A stretch of DNA of 64,000 bases from an uncultured Chthonomonadaceae bacterium (GCA_963817895.1 CAWFQB010000001.1:1408001-1472000), one strand, 5' to 3'; counted from the first letter of the stretch, positions 54,241 to 64,000 are shown. The notes: generated from the sequence alone by a model not told the origin. A program made the numbers and translations.

Positions 54241-54354
54241 AGCAGATGCTTCTCCTCGCCATTACTTCGTCCGACAAGCCTGCTTCGGCTTCTTTTACAA
54301 CCATACAGAGATTTGCTTGCTACACATCATTATAACGGTGTCACTGCCTCAATT

Positions 54355-55510
54355 GAGGCAGTGACATAAATGTATGTGCCATTAGTTGTCAGTATGCCTC
54401 CGGGTTGGCTTACGCCGCGCGCAGAAAAGCTTTCAAGCCAAGGCGCAGGCTCAAGTTGTGTTCAAAACGGTACAACAACGCCAGTTGATAGACGAAGATC
54501 GCGCCTAGCGCAAAGCGCTTCGTAGCGACCAAGCCTTTGGTCGGCACTTGGTCATGGGCGTCAAAGATGCCCTTGAACTGCTCGTTGAAGTTTTCGATAG
54601 CGAGCGAACGCAGTTTATGGAAGATACGCCGGACTTCCTTGCCGCCTTCGGGGTGCGGATACTTCCCCCGCTGCGTTGCCACGAGGGTACAACTACGTAA
54701 CTGACAACATTCGTCTACATTGGGCGCATTATAATGCTGATCGCCCAGAGCAAAGGCGGGCATCGTCGGCACTTCGGGCAACAACAAGGTAATGTGTTCG
54801 TTGTCGGCGACATTAGCGGGCGTCACATCGGCGGCTAAAGGGATCCAGATCGAAGCGACCGTACAAATCAGGTGCAGTTTCCAGCCATACACCCACCCGT
54901 GCCAGCCCGATTTGGTCCAATGAGCCTCGGTGTCAATGCGCGTATGCGGCACAACTCCCGCCTCTCGATCTTTCTTGTGCCACACGCCGCCCTTGGCGCG
55001 CAGCAGGGTGCTGTCCATCGCAAATGCTCGGCTGATGGCTGCCCAGGGTTGCAAGCGGTCTACCAAGTGACGGCCAGGCAGCCAATCTGGGCAGGCAAGG
55101 TGTCGGGCAAAGTTGCCAGGCGTCTGACGAAACGTCCGTTCACACGGATACTTGTCGTTTTCTGTCAGTAAGGCGCGTAATGTCTGCATTTCCTGTGTGG
55201 GTTCTTGCAGGACGGCCAGGAGTTCGCCCACTTTGAACAAGTGTCGCACAATCATAATGACGAGTGCCTGCAAAAACAGCCGATCCGGGTAGACCTTGGC
55301 GCGTCCGCGTCCCCGCTTTTTCGGCGCTTGGGGCGGGTGGGGCAAGCGGTCAACCAGTTTGACAAGGGTGACGAGTAAGGTTTCTTGCGGTATCATACAA
55401 TTGCCTCCGTGTTAAGAGTGTCGCAACTGTATAATACGGTAGGTGAACCGCGTCATGCGCAAACAGCGCAAACTGTCAAAACATGGCGCGGTTATTTATG
55501 TCTTCGCCTC
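54355..55510 (-). mobile_element. Insertion sequence with about 45-bp imperfect TIRs and an AATT duplication
   Basis: GAGGCAGTGACATAAAT…GCCAT…TGTCAGT versus GAGGCGAAGACATAAAT…GCCAT…TGACAGT; AATT at 54351-54354 and 55511-55514. Confidence 0.85.
54410..55396 (-). CDS. DDE transposase (IS4/IS5/IS982-like)
   Basis: AMDST, GWVYGWKLH, LGDQHY and IENFN motifs; apparent compensating frameshift pair at about 55075-55130. Confidence 0.88.
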   Translation of the reverse strand: MIPQETLLVTLVKLVDRLPHPPQAPKKRGRGRAKVYPDRLFLQALVIMIVRHLFKVGELLAVLQEPTQEMQTLRALLTENDKYPCERTFRQTPGNFARHLACPDWLPGRHLVDRLQPWAAISRAFAMDSTLLRAKGGVWHKKDREAGVVPHTRIDTEAHWTKSGWHGWVYGWKLHLICTVASIWIPLAADVTPANVADNEHITLLLPEVPTMPAFALGDQHYNAPNVDECCQLRSCTLVATQRGKYPHPEGGKEVRRIFHKLRSLAIENFNEQFKGIFDAHDQVPTKGLVATKRFALGAIFVYQLALLYRFEHNLSLRLGLKAFLRAA

Positions 55511-55709
55511 AATTAAGTCAATGTCAGTTCAGCAAAAGTGATCCTCCTTCCGAACAACAATGCGCCGCCCGACGCTATTTAACCTGCTATAATACATCAT
55601 TACACGCCTACCTGCCGTTGTCCTTTTATGCGACACCAGCTAATAACCGAGTGTGAGCGGCGTCTATTCTGTATATTCCTCTGCCTGTCGAATTTTTGTG
55701 AGATCAGCT

Positions 55710-56195
55710 ATGCCCAATAAACTTACCCTGCATGTCAATGGGACTGCCCGCGCTGTGGAAGCCGACCCGGAACAGAGCCTTCTCAGCGTTCTGCGCGACG
55801 GTTTGGACCTGACCGGAAGCCACTACGGATGCGGCGAAGGCCAGTGCGGAGCCTGCACCGTGCTGATTAACGGCGAACCGACGCGCTCGTGCATCACCCC
55901 TGTCGGAACGGTCGCTTCCAAACCCGTTGTCACTATAGAAGGACTGGAAATCGGGGACAAACTGCACCCGGTTCAGCAGGCGTTTCTCGACTGCGACGCC
56001 CTGCAATGCGGCTACTGCACCTCCGGCATGATTATGTCGGCTGTGGGCCTGCTGCGCAAAAACCCCGCGCCCACGGAGCAGGACATCATCAAGGGGATGA
56101 ACGGTAACGTCTGTCGTTGCGGCACGTACCGCCGCATTGTCCGCGCCGTCCACGCCGCTTCGCAGTCGCAGGCGCAGCATAAGGAGGCGAAATGA
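55710..56195 (+). CDS. (2Fe-2S) small subunit, CoxS/IorA family
   Basis: GCGEGQCGACTV, QCGYCTSG and GNVCRCGTY motifs. Confidence 0.95.
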   Translation: MPNKLTLHVNGTARAVEADPEQSLLSVLRDGLDLTGSHYGCGEGQCGACTVLINGEPTRSCITPVGTVASKPVVTIEGLEIGDKLHPVQQAFLDCDALQCGYCTSGMIMSAVGLLRKNPAPTEQDIIKGMNGNVCRCGTYRRIVRAVHAASQSQAQHKEAK

Positions 56196-58393
56196 CTACT
56201 CTCAAAAACAGACAGGGAGACAGGGAGACAGGGAGACAGGGAGAAGAGGAGAATTCATTCCTCATCCTTCATCCCTCATCCTTGCCTACCCGCCGCGACC
56301 TGTTCCGGCTGCTGGGCGCGGGGGTGCTGATGCTCGTCGCGCTGCCGGAGATGGCGGACGCGCAGGAATCGGTGAGCGGGGGCGGCAGAAGGCGCGGCGG
56401 CAACGCCATGCCGCAGAACATCGGCGCGTGGCTGCATATTGACGCGAACGGCGCGGTCACGGTGTATACCGGCAAAACGGAGGTGGGGCAGAATATCCGC
56501 ACATCGCTGGCGCAGGCGGTTGCCGAGGAATTGCGCGTCCCCTTCGCGTCCATTCAGATCGTGATGGCAGATACCGCTTTGACGCCTTATGACGCCGGCA
56601 CGTTCGGCAGCCGCACCACGCCCAACATGTCGCCGCAGTTGCGCATCGCCGCCGCCAATGCCCGCGAAGTATTGCTTGATCTGGCCGCTGCGCAATGGCA
56701 GGTCGAGCGCAATACGATTACGATGAAAAACGGCAAAGCCCTTCACGCGGCCACGCAACGGACATTGACGTATGGCGAACTGTGCAAGGGGCAAAAGCTG
56801 ACGCAAACCCTCAACCCCAATGTCGCGCTGACTCCTGCCGCGCAATGGAAGATCATGGGAACATCCGCGCCCAAAGCGGACGGACGCGCGTTTGTTACGG
56901 GAAGGCATCAGTACACGTCCGACATGAAGCGCGAGGGGATGCTGATCGGCAAAATTCTGCGCCCCGCCGCCTTTCACGCCCCGCTGAAATCTGTGGACGC
57001 GGCAGGGGCGAAAGCCATGAGCGGCGTGACAGTTGTACAGGATGGCGATTTTGTTGGCGTTACGGCTCCGAACGCGCAGATTGCCAATCGCGCCCTTGCC
57101 GCCCTGAAAGCCGAATGGCAGACGGTTCCGCAGCCGTCGGGACAAACGCTGTTCGAGCAGTTGCGCCCCCATTCCACACAGGCAAAGGCGGAGGGGAACA
57201 AGCCCCGGCTCGCGCAGGACGCGCCCAGACTCGCGCAGGATGTACAGAAACCGGAAATTGGCGCGGACGGGCATACGATCAAGGCTTCCTATACCATCGC
57301 GTATATTGCTCATGCGCCCCTCGAACCCCGCGCCGCGCTTGCGGAATGGCAGGGCGACCATTTGACTGTGTGGACGGGAACGCAGAGTCCCTTCGGCGTT
57401 CGGAGCGAACTGGCCGCTTTCTTCCATCTGCCCGAAGAGCAGATTCGCGTGATTGTGCCGGATACGGGGTCGGGGTACGGCGGCAAGCACAAGGGAGACG
57501 CGGCATTGGAAGCGGCGCGATTGTCTCGCGCGGCAGGCAAGCCCGTGAAACTGGTATGGACGCGGGAAGAGGAGTTTACGTGGGCGTACTTTCGACCTGC
57601 GGGCGTGATTGACATTACAGCAACGGTTCAGCCGGATGGAACCCTGACGCATTGGGAACACGATAATTACAATTCCGGCCCGTCCGGTATTCGCGCGCCC
57701 TACGATGTGCCGGGACAACGGACGGAATTTCATCGCGCTCAGGCTCCGTTACGCGAAGGCTCATATCGCGGACTGGCCGCCACCGCCAACCATTTCGCCC
57801 GCGAATTGCACGTTGACGATTTGGCTCATGCCGTGAAACTGGACCCACTCGCGTTTCGCTTGAAGAATCTGAAGGACGAGCGGATGCGGGGCGTGTTACA
57901 GGCCGCCGCCACGCGCTTCGGGTGGGACAAACGCAAACCCGCGCCCGGAAGGGGGTTCGGGCTGGCCTGCGGCTCGGAAAAAGGCAGTTACGTGGCGACG
58001 TGCGTGGAACTGATGACAGACAAGGCAAGCGGCAGGGTACAACTGACGCGCATTGTCACGGCTTTCGAGTGTGGCGCGATTGTCAACCCTACCCATTTGC
58101 AAAATCAGGTGGAGGGGGCGGTTGTGCAGGGGATTGGCGGCGCGCTGTTCGAGGCGATTCACTTTGAGGACGGCAAAATCGTCAATCCGCATTTCGCGCA
58201 GTACCGCCTGCCCCGCTTCGCAGATGTGCCGCCCATAGACATTGCGCTGGTAAACCGCAAAGACCTGCCTTCCGAGGGCGCGGGCGAAACGCCTATCGTT
58301 GCCATCGCCCCGGCCATTCGCAACGCCCTCTTTGACGCGACAGGGCAGAAACTCGTTTCTATGCCCATGATCCCGAATGGCTTGAAGGCTTAA
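56192..58393 (+). CDS. Molybdopterin-binding subunit, IorB/xanthine dehydrogenase family (Tat signal)
   Basis: TRRDLF, EVGQNIRT, HAPLEP, GSGYGGK, NQVEGAVVQG and GAGE motifs. Confidence 0.93.
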   Translation: MTTLKNRQGDRETGRQGEEENSFLILHPSSLPTRRDLFRLLGAGVLMLVALPEMADAQESVSGGGRRRGGNAMPQNIGAWLHIDANGAVTVYTGKTEVGQNIRTSLAQAVAEELRVPFASIQIVMADTALTPYDAGTFGSRTTPNMSPQLRIAAANAREVLLDLAAAQWQVERNTITMKNGKALHAATQRTLTYGELCKGQKLTQTLNPNVALTPAAQWKIMGTSAPKADGRAFVTGRHQYTSDMKREGMLIGKILRPAAFHAPLKSVDAAGAKAMSGVTVVQDGDFVGVTAPNAQIANRALAALKAEWQTVPQPSGQTLFEQLRPHSTQAKAEGNKPRLAQDAPRLAQDVQKPEIGADGHTIKASYTIAYIAHAPLEPRAALAEWQGDHLTVWTGTQSPFGVRSELAAFFHLPEEQIRVIVPDTGSGYGGKHKGDAALEAARLSRAAGKPVKLVWTREEEFTWAYFRPAGVIDITATVQPDGTLTHWEHDNYNSGPSGIRAPYDVPGQRTEFHRAQAPLREGSYRGLAATANHFARELHVDDLAHAVKLDPLAFRLKNLKDERMRGVLQAAATRFGWDKRKPAPGRGFGLACGSEKGSYVATCVELMTDKASGRVQLTRIVTAFECGAIVNPTHLQNQVEGAVVQGIGGALFEAIHFEDGKIVNPHFAQYRLPRFADVPPIDIALVNRKDLPSEGAGETPIVAIAPAIRNALFDATGQKLVSMPMIPNGLKA
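56209..56283. repeat. Composite repeat (GACAGGGA)x4 then (TCATCCY)n, in frame
   Basis: Translates as RQGDRETGRQGE…FLILHPSS immediately before the Tat motif. Confidence 0.9.
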
Positions 58394-58417
58394 GGCGTCT
58401 GTTGAAGGCCTGGATCG

Positions 58418-58445
58418 CCTGCCTGACACCAATTGTGTCAGGCAG
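58418..58445 (+). terminator. Hairpin after the iorB-like gene
   Basis: CTGCCTGACAC-CAATT-GTGTCAGGCAG. Confidence 0.6.
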
Positions 58446-58647
58446 AACGAACAGGCATACCTTTCGACTATGTTCCTGTTATAACTTAAGTTCTAAGTGA
58501 AGATAAGCATACTTGCGCGTTGCTTTAATCACTGCCGCCTGATACACTGATTCATATTCTCTCCTGTTGCCGCCTTATCCCAGTGTTGCCGGAAGGCGGT
58601 TTCTTCTTTCATCCAATACTTCATCAAGCCCCGGAAGAAGGTGTGAC

Positions 58648-58890
58648 ATGCAGGTTCCACTCTGTGAAGTGGTCGGCTGCCGACGCGCGGCGTCATGGGT
58701 TCGCGTCACAAACATCAGCGCTCGCTTTGAGGATTTTCTCTGCTGCTGCTGCTGGCAGTCTCTGCGCGGACGCAAGCCTGTCGAAGCGGCCTGCTACGTC
58801 CACAGCAACATCGAAGACGATACCGAGAGCGAACATTTTGAAGAGTCCGTTTTTGATTTCAGCGATGAGGCCGTGATAGTCATCAATTAG
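58648..58890 (+). CDS. Small Cys-rich protein with an acidic tail
   Basis: AAGG RBS; CEVVGC…FLCCCCW; 80 aa. Confidence 0.55.
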   Translation: MQVPLCEVVGCRRAASWVRVTNISARFEDFLCCCCWQSLRGRKPVEAACYVHSNIEDDTESEHFEESVFDFSDEAVIVIN

Positions 58891-58973
58891 GCGGAACGCC
58901 CGGATTTAGCCTGAGTCCATCCGATATTATCAGCTATTGAAGTTCATCAGGAGTGTGACAGCAGGAGTACGCA

Positions 58974-59606
58974 ATGAACAGTAACCTTTCGATACGAGTG
59001 TTGATTGCCGATGACCATCCCGTTGTGCGCGAGGGGCTTGGCATGATGCTGGCGCAGCGCGACAATATATGCGTGGTGGGCGAAGCGACCAATGGCGATG
59101 AAGCCATTGCTTTGTTTAAGAAGTGCCAGCCGGACGTGGTGTTGATGGATGTGAACATGCCCGGACAGAACGGCCTTCAGGCGTCGGCTCATATTCTAAA
59201 GGAATTTCCTCAAGCCCGCGTTGTGTTGCTGTCGTGGTCGGACGCGGAAGAGCATATTTATCAGGGCTTCACAATGGGAGCCAAAGCCTACCTGCTGAAA
59301 GATATGCCGCCGGAAGCGATCTGTTCGGCGATACAGGATGTCTGTGCGGGGCGTTACAGCGTCCCGCCGGAAATCGCGTCCAAGCTGGCGCAGCGATTGG
59401 GTCGTACCAACCTGACGGGCCGCGAAATGGAGATTTTGCGCTGTCTGGTGGCCGGGATGAGCAACGCGGAGATCGGCACCAATCTGTTTATCGCCGAAGG
59501 AACCGTCAAGGTGCATGTGGCGAACATTCTAAACAAGCTACAGGTGAGCGACCGGACGCAGGCCGTTACCGCCGCCATCAAGCGCGGCCTGCTTCCGCTT
59601 GCCTGA
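58974..59606 (+). CDS. NarL/LuxR family response regulator
   Basis: ADDHPVVREG, LMDVNMP and LTGREMEIL…TVKVHVANILNKL motifs. Confidence 0.95.
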   Translation: MNSNLSIRVLIADDHPVVREGLGMMLAQRDNICVVGEATNGDEAIALFKKCQPDVVLMDVNMPGQNGLQASAHILKEFPQARVVLLSWSDAEEHIYQGFTMGAKAYLLKDMPPEAICSAIQDVCAGRYSVPPEIASKLAQRLGRTNLTGREMEILRCLVAGMSNAEIGTNLFIAEGTVKVHVANILNKLQVSDRTQAVTAAIKRGLLPLA

Positions 59607-59795
59607 AAAGGAAAACCTCCCTTCCTCTGTCCTGAGCGAGCAAGCAAGCGAGAAGGAACAGTATTGTAGTGGGTTAGTTGTTACGCTGAGTGCCAGATGC
59701 AACCGGGCTATCCCTTGCTCTGCCTGCGCCTGCGAACGGGACGGCGGGATGAGATTGCAGGCGAATATGTGGCAGTCATATCGAAAGGCGAACGC

Positions 59796-61025
59796 ATGAC
59801 GAGCGCAGGCGGCACAGACAAAGTGGTTCTCGGATTTATCGGCGTGGCGGGACGGGGCTACGAGGCGCATATACTGGGTTTTGGCGAAATGCCGGATGTT
59901 GAAATTGGGGCGGTGTGCGATGTGTACCAACCCTATGTGGATCGGGCGGTCGCGCATACGGGGGGCAGGGCGAAAGCGTACCACGATTATCGAGACCTGC
60001 TGGCAGACCCGGACATTGACGCGGTTGTGATTTCCACGCCCCCGCACTGGCACGCGCTGATGAGTCTGGACGCGCTGCAAGCGGGCAAGGATGTATACTG
60101 CGAAAAGCCGATGAGCCGCTATCCGATGGAAACGCGGCTGATGGCCGATTACGCCCACCGCTACAACCGCGTCACGCAGGTCGGCACACAGATACACGCC
60201 ACGGAAAATTATCACAAATGCGTGGATATTGTCCGGTCGGGCGCGTTAGGGCAGATCACGCGGGTCAGCAATTTTTGCGCGATGAACGATGATTCGGAAG
60301 GGCTGGGAACGCCGCCCTCGGAAACGCCGCCACCCGAATTGGATTGGGAAACCTGGCTTGGACCGGCTCCCGAAACACCTTACAATATGGGCCGGTTTCG
60401 CGACGGGATGCACCGCTATTTCAAGGATTACGTGGATAGCTGGCTGCACGAACTCGGCCCGCATATCGTGGAACTGCCGTTCTGGGCGCTGGAATTGGGG
60501 TGTCCGACCGGCATTGTGGCGTCGGGCGGGCGGTACGCGACGGACAGCCTTGCCGACGTGCCGGATACGCTGCAAGTAACGTGGGAATGGCCCCATCTGC
60601 TGATGACGTGGGAGATGCTGCAGCAAAGCAGTTTCCATTTCGGCGTGGGAGAACCGGGGCCGGGCCGGAAATTGGGGATCGTGTTTCACGGCAAGGAGGG
60701 AACCCTGCTCGCCAATTACAGTCTGTGTCAGGTACTGGATAAAAAAGGCAAACCGGTGGAGGGCGCGACTTATCCTCAATCGGTTCCCCGCTCCCCGGGA
60801 CATCAGCGCGAATTCATTGACAGCATCAAAACCCGGCAGGAGTGTTCGTGCAGTTTTGCAAACCATCTGCCGATGCATGCCGCCCTTAATCTTGCCCACC
60901 TCGCGCTGCGCCTGGACCGTAAACTGCATTGGAATGAAGCCCAATGGGAAGTGGCCGGCGACCCGGAAGCCAATGCCCTGCTCACGCCCCAGTATCGCGC
61001 GCCCTACAAACTGCCGGGTTGTTAG
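59796..61025 (+). CDS. Gfo/Idh/MocA family oxidoreductase
   Basis: IDAVVISTPPHWH, YCEKP and WLGPAP motifs. Confidence 0.92.
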   Translation: MTSAGGTDKVVLGFIGVAGRGYEAHILGFGEMPDVEIGAVCDVYQPYVDRAVAHTGGRAKAYHDYRDLLADPDIDAVVISTPPHWHALMSLDALQAGKDVYCEKPMSRYPMETRLMADYAHRYNRVTQVGTQIHATENYHKCVDIVRSGALGQITRVSNFCAMNDDSEGLGTPPSETPPPELDWETWLGPAPETPYNMGRFRDGMHRYFKDYVDSWLHELGPHIVELPFWALELGCPTGIVASGGRYATDSLADVPDTLQVTWEWPHLLMTWEMLQQSSFHFGVGEPGPGRKLGIVFHGKEGTLLANYSLCQVLDKKGKPVEGATYPQSVPRSPGHQREFIDSIKTRQECSCSFANHLPMHAALNLAHLALRLDRKLHWNEAQWEVAGDPEANALLTPQYRAPYKLPGC

Positions 61026-61107
61026 GTTGTTCGTTATGGGACAAACAACCCGACGCGCCGCTCTCTCTCGCGTTCTACGCCAATGCCTGCTGTAACTTTC
61101 TGATTCG

Positions 61108-61713
61108 TCACTGGATAACGCGGGACGCCTGCCATGTGCCGGGTGGCAGAGTGGGCGGGGAGGGGTAGAGCGTGAAACGGGCGATATTGGCCGGGTTGAC
61201 GATGACAATCCCGCCGCCCTGCCGCCGCGCGTGAAGGCCGTGCGCGTTGAACAACTGCGACACGAAAATGCCCTGCTCCAATGGCAGCCGCTCCGTCACC
61301 TTGACGCACACCTGAAAGAACAGCCGTTCGCCGTTGACCAGTTCCATTTCCGTAAACACCGTAATAGGCGTATCGGGAGTGGCCTGCGCTTTTTCGCGCA
61401 ATGCGGCGAACGTTTGCGGATGGTAACGCGCCCGGAATTCATCGGGCGTGATCTGCTGAATGTCCAGAACGCCGTGATAGAACGGATAGTCAGGCGTGTT
61501 TCCGGCAATGAACTCGACGCGCGCCACCTGTGACAACTGAAATGTCGTCAGCGAATCCGAACTGCCAAACATCATCAGCGGCTGCGCGAACAGTTTTGTC
61601 GGCTGCAAATGCGCCAGTTGCTGCCGCGCCAGTTCTTCATCCTGCTGTATAAACCGGACAATGCGCCCGTCTTCCAGATGAACGTGGATTTCCAGCGGGT
61701 TCGGTGTGTCCAT
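61108..61713 (-). CDS. Hypothetical protein
   Basis: AAGGAG RBS; about 200-aa ORF with backbone-like codon usage. Confidence 0.75.
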   Translation of the reverse strand: MDTPNPLEIHVHLEDGRIVRFIQQDEELARQQLAHLQPTKLFAQPLMMFGSSDSLTTFQLSQVARVEFIAGNTPDYPFYHGVLDIQQITPDEFRARYHPQTFAALREKAQATPDTPITVFTEMELVNGERLFFQVCVKVTERLPLEQGIFVSQLFNAHGLHARRQGGGIVIVNPANIARFTLYPSPPTLPPGTWQASRVIQ

Positions 61714-61737
61714 TGTTTTCACTCCTTGTCTCAGAAA

Positions 61738-61858
61738 CTATCCGGTCGCGTCTTCTACAGGCGCGGCGTTGTTTTTGCCGGAGGGCGGGCCGTCCTTCAG
61801 CAGATCGGCGGGTATCCCTTCGGGAAACGTGACGCCCTGTTGCAGCAGCGGTTTCAGG
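61738..61858 (-). repeat. Displaced duplicate of the MFS gene 3' end (121 bp)
   Basis: About 11 mismatches, no gaps, versus 62808-62928; includes the stop codon. Confidence 0.95.
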
Positions 61859-62095
61859 TTATTTTGCATGGCTGTGAACAAGCGCCGATTGCCGTTCCTC
61901 GACAATTCGCGCCGCTTCCTCTAAAATATCGAATTCTTCCAACGCCGTTCCAACGCGCATATCATTGGGATGATCGTTCATCCAGTCCTGCATCTGTCGC
62001 ACAGCCTGCTGAATAGAAACAAGGTCACGGTTGCTAATCAGAGAGCGCATCTCTTTCACAAAAGCCTTGCTGTTGGCGTAGGAATCTTCTGTCAT
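61859..62095 (-). CDS. Small helical protein, putative antitoxin/immunity protein
   Basis: 78 aa; starts 2 bp after the HExxH gene stop; its stop abuts the repeat. Confidence 0.7.
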   Translation of the reverse strand: MTEDSYANSKAFVKEMRSLISNRDLVSIQQAVRQMQDWMNDHPNDMRVGTALEEFDILEEAARIVEERQSALVHSHAK

Positions 62096-62097
62096 CT

Positions 62098-62709
62098 CTA
62101 AACTCCTTCTTCCAGTATCCGCTCCCAATCGCGCCATTTTCGCCGCGTGTCGGCTGACCGCCACTCCTGTGTTTGTTGAATCTGATCTCTCAACTCAGCC
62201 CAACGCTGCTCCAATGGCGTACCCAACAATTGCAGGTAGAATGGCAACGGCTCTGCGTCGAGGAGTTCGCGCATAGCCTCTAATGCTGCAATGTAATCTG
62301 TGTACGCGCTGTGTTTGTCCCTGTCAATAAAAGTTGCGGTATCTACTTTAACGCCAAGTCGCTCAAGTACGGAAGGACGAAATAGACGCTGTAATTGTTC
62401 TACTACGCCCTCTTCATACCCCGGATAGGTTAAAGAAGCGTCAGCATTACGTTCAACAGAAAAACAGTGTAAGACTTCATGTAATAAGACCGGCCAGCGC
62501 AACTCAGTAGCGGCGATGTCGGCGCGTATGCGTATCATACAATTGAATGTTTTACCGCCAAAAGCTCTGTTCCGCTCTTGAACAACTTCTACTTTTCCAC
62601 TCCATTGTGAAGACAATCCGGTAAGTTCAGTAAGTTCGGTTATGATGATTAGCAGTTCAGATTCTAACTGCTGCTGCAAAGCGGATAGTTGCGTTGGAAG
62701 TTGGCTCAT
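62098..62709 (-). CDS. HExxH zinc metallopeptidase-like protein
   Basis: LLHEVLHCFS…YEEGVVE; AGGAGAGG RBS; no signal peptide. Confidence 0.75.
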   Translation of the reverse strand: MSQLPTQLSALQQQLESELLIIITELTELTGLSSQWSGKVEVVQERNRAFGGKTFNCMIRIRADIAATELRWPVLLHEVLHCFSVERNADASLTYPGYEEGVVEQLQRLFRPSVLERLGVKVDTATFIDRDKHSAYTDYIAALEAMRELLDAEPLPFYLQLLGTPLEQRWAELRDQIQQTQEWRSADTRRKWRDWERILEEGV

Positions 62710-62807
62710 GACCTCTCCTGCTCTTCTGCTTCTCAAATATAAGACAGCTCTATTGAATTACACGGGAGGCTTCCCTGGTTCCCGGCGGCTGGACGAGCGG
62801 CGCGGGA

Positions 62808-64000
62808 CTATCCTGTCGCGTCTTCTACAGGCGCAATGTTGTCTTTACCGGAGGGCGGGCCGTCCTTCAATAAATCGGCGGGTATCCCTTCGGGGAACAT
62901 GACGCCCTGTTGCAGCAGCGGTTTCAGGCTCAGGCTCAGGCCGAACGCAACCGTCATCAGCAGGGCGGAACTGATGAAGGGGACGCTGCCGATGGGAAGC
63001 GGGCCGGGATGCCACGCCACGACCGTATTGTTGATGGGCGGCGCGATGATGCGGGCAAGGCTGCCCAATCCCTGCTGCGTCCCGCTCAATGCGCCGCGCT
63101 CTTTGGGGCCTGCCGCCTGCGTAATCAGGGCGTTGAGGGACGGGTTCATCACGCCGCTGCCGATCGCGATTCCCGCCGCTAATATGCGCAGGAATACAAT
63201 CGAAGGCGCGAACGCGATTCCGATCAGCGAAATCGCCAGTAGCCCCGCGCCGAACATCACCAGCCGGTTTTCCCCCACTTTTTGCGCCAGCCCGCGCATC
63301 ACGAGCAGCTGCGTCAATACCGCCGTACCGCCGACGACCGCGAAAATGCTGCTTGTCGCCGCTGTTTGCGCGTGTTCAATCAAGTCCAGCGGTATTTGCG
63401 CAGGTAAGGCCGTATGCGGATGCGCGACCTGCCAGGCATGAACGGCGTTTTGGGTCAATACGTCCCGAAAACGCAGCAGGGTGAGCCACGAAAACGACGC
63501 TTCCACAGCCGTAAACGCGAACGTGGTAAAGGTGAACACGGTCAACTGCGCGCTGATGTTGGGGTCGCGCATGGCGCGGCCAATGGCGGGAAACACATCA
63601 AGCGCGCCGCGCGCTTTGCCCTCCTGCCGCTGGTTTTTAGGCAGGCTTTCCGGCAGCATGAACAGCGCCCACAGAAAGTTGATAAAGCACAGACTGGCGG
63701 CAATCAGGGCGGGCATTTGCAGCGATGTGATATGCCAGCCGCCAAGATTGACCGGACGCCCCGCATAGCCGCCAATCACCGGCCCGAACGCGAACCCCAA
63801 TCCGAACGCCGCGCCCAGTACCGCCATGCCGCTGGCCCGTTTTTCGGGCGGCGTCACGTCCGCGATATACGCCTGCGCGGTGGGCAGACTTGCCGATGAC
63901 AATATTCCCGCAGCCACTCGCGCCACAAACAGAAACAGCAGATTGGGCGCGAACCCGAACGCGATAAATGAGATCGCCGAGCCGCACAAACTGAGCAGAA
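62808..64000 (-). CDS. MFS transporter (TetA/DHA1-like), 5' end outside the window
   Basis: ARVAAG, AYIADVT…RA and GLGFAFGPVIGG motif C. Confidence 0.92.
   Translation of the reverse strand, partial: LLSLCGSAISFIAFGFAPNLLFLFVARVAAGILSSASLPTAQAYIADVTPPEKRASGMAVLGAAFGLGFAFGPVIGGYAGRPVNLGGWHITSLQMPALIAASLCFINFLWALFMLPESLPKNQRQEGKARGALDVFPAIGRAMRDPNISAQLTVFTFTTFAFTAVEASFSWLTLLRFRDVLTQNAVHAWQVAHPHTALPAQIPLDLIEHAQTAATSSIFAVVGGTAVLTQLLVMRGLAQKVGENRLVMFGAGLLAISLIGIAFAPSIVFLRILAAGIAIGSGVMNPSLNALITQAAGPKERGALSGTQQGLGSLARIIAPPINNTVVAWHPGPLPIGSVPFISSALLMTVAFGLSLSLKPLLQQGVMFPEGIPADLLKDGPPSGKDNIAPVEDATG

Noticed and set aside
55075..55135. Programmed frameshift in the transposase
   Set aside because: It looks like a compensating +1/-1 pair with no slippery heptamer; error or drift is more likely.

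Overview
This is a bacterial chromosomal segment of moderately high GC. Gene content and repeat style suggest Armatimonadota or a similar lineage (inference). The housekeeping and metabolic backbone comprises acnA with a divergent LysR gene, def-fmt, an opp ABC transporter, DUF47-pit-phoU, mrp/apbC, rimI, tsaD, an iorAB-like molybdoenzyme, an MFS transporter, glycoside hydrolases and a DUF1592/DUF1552 pair. It is interrupted by many small, AT-richer islets: two IS elements, MITE-like palindromes, a 2.5-copy tandem Phd/ParE toxin-antitoxin array, HEPN, Doc and PD-(D/E)XK genes (many decayed), and two adenylate cyclase-STAND-TPR genes each beside an orphan ORF. Four observations stand out. (1) A window-wide family of 7-8 bp tandem repeats has strict polarity (G-rich arm first, C-rich arm second); the repeats supply stop codons, sit inside proteins, and bracket a four-helix-bundle gene as an inverted pair. 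(2) An integrase-less two-gene cassette (HExxH metallopeptidase plus small partner) is flanked by a 121-bp duplication of a host gene 3' end. (3) An NHLP-leader-like orphan protein with an N/V/I/T-rich segment converges on an NLR-like gene. (4) An unannotated structured ncRNA candidate lies at about 42.65-42.85 kb. Many single-base frameshifts, especially at 41-49 kb, look like assembly indel errors. No CRISPR array, rRNA, tRNA or reverse transcriptase was seen. All family assignments come from motif recognition by eye, not from database searches.
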